Assembly (NCBI RefSeq): GCF_006345805.1
Contig: NW_021826155.1
Span: 1-13,222 of the forward strand
Length of the DNA: 13,222 bases
Direction of reading: 5' to 3'
Origin: Octopus sinensis
Lineage: Eukaryota
Shown here: piece by piece, positions 7,495-13,222 of the stretch
How the letters are laid out: each line of letters begins with the position of its first letter
Numbering within the stretch: the first letter of the stretch is position 1
The notes under the pieces: model-generated
What the model was told of the DNA's origin: nothing
The model's database searches: none
What the model saw: the letters and a program-made list of their open reading frames with translations, nothing else
Program-made: the position numbers and the translations under genes

Positions 7495-10400
7495 TCACTG
7501 GTCTTGCCGGGTCTTCTGACGCACAGCATACTTCCATAGGTCTCGGTCTCTGGTCATTTCCTTGGTGAGACCTAGAGTTCGAAGGTCGTGCTTCACCACC
7601 TCGACCCAGGTTTTCCTGGGTCTACCTCTTCCACAGGTCCCCTCAACTGCCAGGGTGTGGCACTTTTTCACACACCTATCTTCATCCATTCTCACCACAT
7701 GACCATACCAGCGCAATCGTCTCTCTTGCACACAACATCTGATGCCTCTTAGGTCCAACTTTTCTCTCAAGGTACTTACACTCTGTCGACTATGAACACT
7801 GACATTACACATCCAACGGAGCATACTAGCTTCATTTCTCGCGAGCTTACGCATGTCCTCAGCAGTCACGGCCCATGTTTCACTGCCATGTAGCATGGCT
7901 GTTCGTACACATGCATCATACAGTCTGCCTTTTACTCTGAGCGAGAGGCCTTTAGTCACCAACAGAGGTAAGAGCTCCCTAAACTTTGCCCAGGCTATTC
8001 TTACTCGAGCCGTTACACTTTCAGCACACCCACCCCCACTACTGACTTGGTCACCAAGATAACGGAAGCCATCAACTACTTCTAGTTTTTCCCCCTGGAA
8101 AGTGACGGAAGTTGTTTTCTGCAGATTTTCAGAGGTTAATGCTCCCGAGCATCTGCCACATACAAAAACCATCTTCCTAGTTAGCCTTCCTATGACATTG
8201 CTGCACCTCTTATGTGTCCATAGCTTACACTTGGTGCATCTTATAGAGTTTCTACCTACACCTTTTCTACAGATCGAGCAGGCGTTTGTGATTTGTCTAC
8301 CTTCCTACTTATTAGGACTTTGGTTTTAGCTAGGTTGACTCTAAGGCCCTTCGATTCTAAACCTTGCTTCCACACCTGAAACTTCGTCTCCAGTTCTGAT
8401 AGTGACTCAGCAATTAGAGCAAGGTCATCAGCATAGAGGAGCTCCCAGGGGCATCCTGTCGTGAATTCCTCCGTTATTGCCTGGAGGACTATGATAAATA
8501 GGAGGGGACTGAGGACTGAGCCTTGGTGGACCCCTACCTCTACCCGGAATTCTTCACTGTACTCGTTGCCAACCCTCACCTTACTAGCAGCGTCCCTGTA
8601 CATGGCTTTCACTGCTCTCACTAACCATTCATCTATTCCTAGTTTCCTCATTGACCACCAGATGAGGGATCGGGGGACCCTGTCGAAGGCTTTCTCCATG
8701 TCAACAAAAGCCAGGTACAGGGGCTTATCTTTCGCTAGGTATTTCTCCTGCAGCTGCCTTACCAGGAATATAGCATCAGTGGTACTTTTCCCTGGCACGA
8801 ACCCAAACTGCATCTCATCTAAACTAACTCTCTCTCTAATTAGTTGGCTTATGACCCTCTCTGTAACCTTCATCACCTGATCCAACAGCTTGATACCTCT
8901 GTAATTATTTGTATCTAGGGCATCACCTTTACCTTTGTAGCAGTTGACTATTATGCTGCTACACCAGTCATTGGGTATGACTCCTTCATGTATCACCTGA
9001 TTAACTATACAGGTGACTAGGCTATGGCCGACACTACCAGATATTTTGAGCATCTCTGCAGTGATACCTGATGGGCCTGGGGCTTTCCCTGTCTTCATGC
9101 TTCTAATTGCCTTAGCTACCAAGGAACTATCAACCCAGATAGCTGGTCCCTCTGTTGGGTCAACGTTCGGCAGACTCTCTTTATCCCATTCATTTTCTTT
9201 ATTCAGCAACCTTTCATAGTGGCGTCTCCAAGCCTCTCTCTTTGCATCCTCGTTTAGCGCAAGTGAACCATCTTCCATGCGAACACACTTCTCTCCTACC
9301 ACATCACAATTCTCTCTCACACACTGTCTTGCAACGCGAAACACCTCCAGTCTTTGGTCCTCACGGCGCAGAACATTGGCAAATTTTTTCTTATCTGCTT
9401 CCCCTCTGGCTAGATAGACCTGTCTCCTAGCTTCCCTTTTAGCAGTCTGATACAATTCCCTGCTACCACCATTCTTCCAGTGCTTCCAAGTCTGTCTCTT
9501 TTCTCTAATAGCCCTGTCTACAACACTGTTCCACCACCACGTTACCTTGGGACGAGAGGGGACTTTGCACCAGCCACAGATCTGGTCAGTGGCTCTCAGC
9601 AGGTTGTCCCTTAGAAACGTCCAGTTGCCCTCTACCCCATGTGATACTCTATCCCCTTCTACTTCGTCAAAGACTTCAAGTAGCATGTCTCTCAATCTCT
9701 GTCCATTCGCAGGATCTTTAAGCTTCCAGATCCTTCTTCTCCATGTTGGCCGTCTTCTGGTTGTCCTCCTACTCCTGATCCTAAAGTCACTAACTACCAG
9801 TCTATGTTGTGGGGTACATTCTTCGCTTGGGAAGGTTTTGGCATTTATAAGTAGCCATCTCTCCCTTTGCCTGGCAAGGATGTAGTCAATTTGGCTGGTA
9901 TGTTGGCCCGATCGGTAGGTGACTAGGTGGCTGGTAGGTTTCCTGAAGTTAGTGTTGCAAATCATAAGATTATTTGCATCACAGAACTCCAGCAGCCTGG
10001 TTCCCTCCTCGTTGCGGGAACCAGAGCCATAGCCTCCATGTACGCCATGGAAGCCCCCACCATGTCGTCCAACGTGACCATTGAAGTCACCAGCCACAAA
10101 GAGAAGGTCTCTGTCGTTCGTCAACGAGGTAGTCTGCAGTAGAGTGTCATAGAATCGGTCTTTCTGTCCATCAGGTAGCCTTGACTGAGGAGCATAGGCT
10201 GATATAATGGTTGCTAAACTATGATGAAGCGCTAATCTAATCTTAAGTATTCTGTCGCATACTCTGATTACTTCAATTACTTTATCTACCCATTTCTCAG
10301 CGATAAGTATACCCACGCCTCCAACCCCGTCAGTGTTCCCTGCCCAGAAAATCTTGTACCTGTGTTCCTTGCCTGTGAGGAACCTAGCAGAACCTCCTCT

Positions 10401-10598
10401 CCACCTTACTTCTTGCATGCAACATATATCCACACATGTCCGTTCAAGCATCTAACTATCTCGCCAGACCTACCTCAGGGTGCCAACGTTGAGGGTGCCA
10501 ACCCTAAGGGTGTGGGAGGTATGGGCCCTAGAGACCCTGCGTCGGTGGACAGTAGCTTCATGTACCTGAAAAGAAAGCTCGCATTTGGCAGAATTCAT
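7495..10598 (-). pseudogene. Disrupted RTE polyprotein (APE-EN, RT, inserted PHD-like finger)
   Basis: EN motifs: LNVGTL, QEVRW, SAYAP, GDFNGHVG, IDYIL, QHRL. RT motifs: KAPGP, NYRGI.LL, QFGF, FVDMEKAFD, GVHQGSVLSP, YADD (8424-8435), FRYLG. Lesions: stops from small indels near 10452-10472 and a frameshift near 8282 between the 731-aa and 225-aa ORFs. Confidence 0.93.
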
Positions 10599-10717
10599 GA
10601 GCAAGTAATACAGTAGCCTTCAATTCAACCTGCATAACACTACCCATTCATATTTTGCACTGTATGATCATGACGGGTTTTGACTAGCATAGTGGAACAG
10701 GACGATAGTGTCGATAA

Positions 10718-11327
10718 CATTTATTATTTGATAATTAAGATAGGCTTGGAGAGAAAAGGTAAAATCTAAAATCTGAGTTCGTCAGGAAGTCCTAACTGGA
10801 CCCCAAACTAGCAAGGGCTGTGCGTTCGTAGTGGAGTTGAAAGCGAGTGGGCTACCGATTTGCGATCGCTAGTTTATATATGGCGATGGTGGTTATCGAA
10901 GACGGGGGCATTTATTATTTGATAATTAAGATAGGCTTGGAGAGAAAAGGTAAAATCTAAAATCTGAGTTCGTCAGGAAGTCCTAACTGGAGCCCAAACT
11001 AGCAAGAGGATTCTGTTAATCGTGAGAGCCAGAAAGTAGGTTTGAAAATATCAGAGAAGTCAAATTTTAGGGGAGACGATGAGTGACTATGAAACGGGAG
11101 CAAGTAGGGAGACGAGACAAGGCTAAACGAAAAACATTACACGAATGGTATGTTGAAAACTGAAAGAAAATATGAATAGAGGGTACTGAAAGGAAGATAT
11201 GAGAGAAAAATTTAAGGAAACTGAAAGAATAGTGATTATACGTGCAGAGGGTAGTAGAAAGCGAGGTTGAAAGAAGAAATCTTAACTTTAGCCGTCCTTC
11301 ATGGGCTGTGCGTTCGTAGGGAGTTGA
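10718..11327. mobile_element. Unclassified non-coding element with split direct repeats (R-S-x-R-y-S)
   Basis: R = 10718-10815 and 10909-11006 (97/98 identical). S = 10815-10840 and 11303-11327 (one 1-bp indel). No coding capacity recognized. Classification as mobile is inferred. Confidence 0.5.
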
Positions 11328-11328
11328 T

Positions 11329-11415
<87 letters not shown>

Positions 11416-11554
11416 ATAAATATATTATATATATATATATTACCGGAGTAAACACATAAATAAAGTATATATATATATATATTATATTATATATATATAT
11501 ATATCTATATAATATATATATATATAGTGTATGTATATAATATATATATGTATC

Positions 11555-11592
<38 letters not shown>

Positions 11593-11632
11593 GTGTGTGT
11601 ATATATACATATATATTACACACAACACACAC

Positions 11633-11666
<34 letters not shown>

Positions 11667-11672
11667 CATATA
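11328..11672. repeat. Compound (TA)n/(CA)n/(TG)n microsatellite containing a 21-bp repeat terminus at 11441-11461
   Basis: Directly visible. Confidence 0.92.
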
Positions 11673-11858
11673 TAGATGTAAAAAGGTTGAATGTAGATTC
11701 ATCCTTTAATTTGGACTTTTTCAAAAGAGATTTCTAATGTTGATTCTTCATATTTTGCAGGTAGTTTACAGGTGTAAATTTGCAAGGATATTATATATGG
11801 CTATAGATGTGTATATATAATATATATATACACATGCATCCTTATTATATATGTCTAT

Positions 11859-12265
11859 ATCATCATCATCATCATCATCATCGTTTAACGTCCGTTTTCC
11901 GTGCTAGCATGGGTTGGACGGTTCGACCAGGGTCTGGGAAGCCAGAAGGCTGCACCAGGCTCCAGTCTGATCTGGCAGTGTTTCTACAGCTGGAAGCCCT
12001 TCCTAATGCCAACCACTCCGTGAGTGTAGTGGGTGCTTTTTACGTGCCACGGCTCAGGGCCAGAGAGGTGGCAGCGGCCGATTTTGATCGGTGGGGTTGG
12101 TGCTTTTTACGAGCCACAAGCACAGGTGCCAGGGGAGGCTGGCAGCGCGGCCACAATCGGTTGGTGCTTTTACGTGCCACCAGCACGGAAGCCAGTCAAA
12201 AGGCGCTGGCAGCGGCCATGATCGGTTGGTGCTTTTTACGTGCCACTGGCACAGAAGCCAGTCAA
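11859..12265 (-). mobile_element. Diverged RTE 3'-UTR copy D with about 4 degenerate tandem units
   Basis: (CAT)n followed by TTTAACGTCCGTTTTCCGTGCTAGCATGGGTTGGACG...GCCCTTCCTAATGCCAACCACTCC, then repeated TGGTGCTTTT(T)ACG(T/A)GCCAC units. Confidence 0.85.
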
Positions 12266-12538
12266 GTCAAGTCTTCTGGGTAGTAATACTTAACCCATTT
12301 GCAAAACTCCCTCGTCATCTTCCCGAATACATGATCAACCTGAATATTTCGTCTAGTTTTGATTTAATTTCTGTTGCATCCACATATTGGTTCATTTACT
12401 TTCTTCCACTTCATATAACAAGTCAAGCAGTTATTTGCTATATTTCAAATAACAGTGAAACTGCTTGAATCCCAGAATTCAGGTTTTCGGAGAGGACTAT
12501 TAGCCCATTTTAATATTTTGTTTCTTTGTCTCTCTTAC

Positions 12539-12823
12539 AGTTTTCCATTTCTCTTCCTCTTTGACATTTGACTCCAACCCTGCAAGAGGATTGGGTAGAA
12601 CTGTTAGAATGGGGTGTGCTTTGTAATTTCTGATTCTGATCACAAAGGGTGGAATCCTCTGCAAACTTTAGAATAGCTGGAAAGTGCCTTGAACTGCATG
12701 TTACTGAGACTGAAGATGAGATAAGTCTTTCAATTCTGCTTGGAACTGTAACTGGTGGTCTGACTAGTGGTGTCTGGAACAGCAGTCTCCAACACTGCTC
12801 AACCCTTTTGCATTTTTCCAGTT
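12539..12823 (-). other. Candidate coding exon of unknown product (unverified)
   Basis: Stop-free frame of 109 codons (12839-12513) with many A/T-ending codons. Acceptor CTTTTCTGCCCAG| and donor |GTAAGA bound 285 nt, phase 1-1. No recognizable domain. Confidence 0.25.
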
Positions 12824-13015
12824 CTGGGCAGAAAAGCCTTCAAGTGGCTTATACTGCTACAAGTTAAAAACGAGTGTGTTTTCTGCTTTACATCTTCAGT
12901 ATTATGGCTTTTGGTTTTATCTGAGGTTGTCATGAGCCCATCTGATCCCTCCCATCTACATACCACCTTACTATCTGTGCTCTTAATAATTGCCTATATT
13001 GAAGCCATAATCTCA

Positions 13016-13157
13016 CGGCTTATGCCAGGAGTGTAACCAGCCCACTTATGCATACCTTTTCCTTCTTTGGACACTAAAACTCTGCTTGCGAAGACCTGTT
13101 GAGGTAAGTGAAACAAATCAATCAAAGCAAAATAAAAATCAAATTCGATGATGGCGT
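13016..13157 (+). mobile_element. Fragment homologous to the 5' part of RTE 3'-UTR copy A
   Basis: GAAGACCTGTTGAGG(C/T)AAGTGAAA at 13090-13113 vs 3259-3282 (23/24), with upstream similarity CCAC.T.TGCATACC.TTCCTTCTT..GACACT. Confidence 0.7.
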
Positions 13158-13163
13158 CTCTAT

Positions 13164-13165
13164 CA

Positions 13166-13222
<57 letters not shown>
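13164..13222. repeat. (TA)n microsatellite
   Basis: Directly visible; runs to the window edge. Confidence 0.95.

Larger units (their letters stand above)
6910..10600 (-). mobile_element. Near full-length RTE-clade LINE (APE endonuclease + RT) with repeat-bearing 3' UTR and (TGA)n tail
   Basis: ORF remnant 10598-7495, 3' UTR 7494-6932 containing 6 tandem units, (CAT)n on the + strand at 6910-6932. The 5' boundary is uncertain and no TSD could be identified. Confidence 0.95.

Noticed and set aside
8461-10142. Plus-strand ORFs opposite the RTE polyprotein (and minus-strand ORFs at 6110-6811)
   Set aside because: They are antisense shadows of the LINE coding frames with no independent motifs.
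11076-11106. Hammerhead-ribozyme-like core (ACGATGAG-tgactat-GAAAC); also CTGACGA within repeat R on the minus strand
   Set aside because: The core deviates from CUGANGA, stem II pairs poorly and no stem I partner exists. The R-repeat motif has no downstream GAAA.
11730-11795. Acceptor-like TTCTTCATATTTTGCAG and an imperfect hairpin between microsatellites
   Set aside because: No plausible exon or donor follows, and such motifs are expected by chance in AT-rich DNA.

Overview
AT-rich, microsatellite-dense eukaryotic DNA made almost entirely of repeats. No rRNA, tRNA, CRISPR array or confidently identifiable host gene is present. The repeat families resemble those I recall from cephalopod (octopus) genomes; that assignment is inference, not checked. 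From left to right: a purine-only minisatellite (1-850); a decayed mariner 3' end; SINE fragments in opposite orientations; three pieces of a TTAA-bounded MITE-like repeat, interrupted by a CR1-type LINE 3' end; several orphan RTE-LINE 3'-UTR copies carrying a ~62-bp tandem array; a 5'-truncated BovB-like RTE fragment (+); a near full-length but frameshifted RTE LINE with APE endonuclease and RT (-); a ~610-bp element with split direct repeats; and one weak candidate exon. The most interesting observations are (1) a C4HC3 PHD-type finger inserted inside the RT domain of the minus-strand RTE, (2) a variable-copy 3'-UTR array whose units each keep two stem-loops with variable loops and covarying pairs, and (3) the A-B-A-B split-repeat element. 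Most ORFs in the supplied track are artifacts of microsatellites, tandem repeats or antisense reading.
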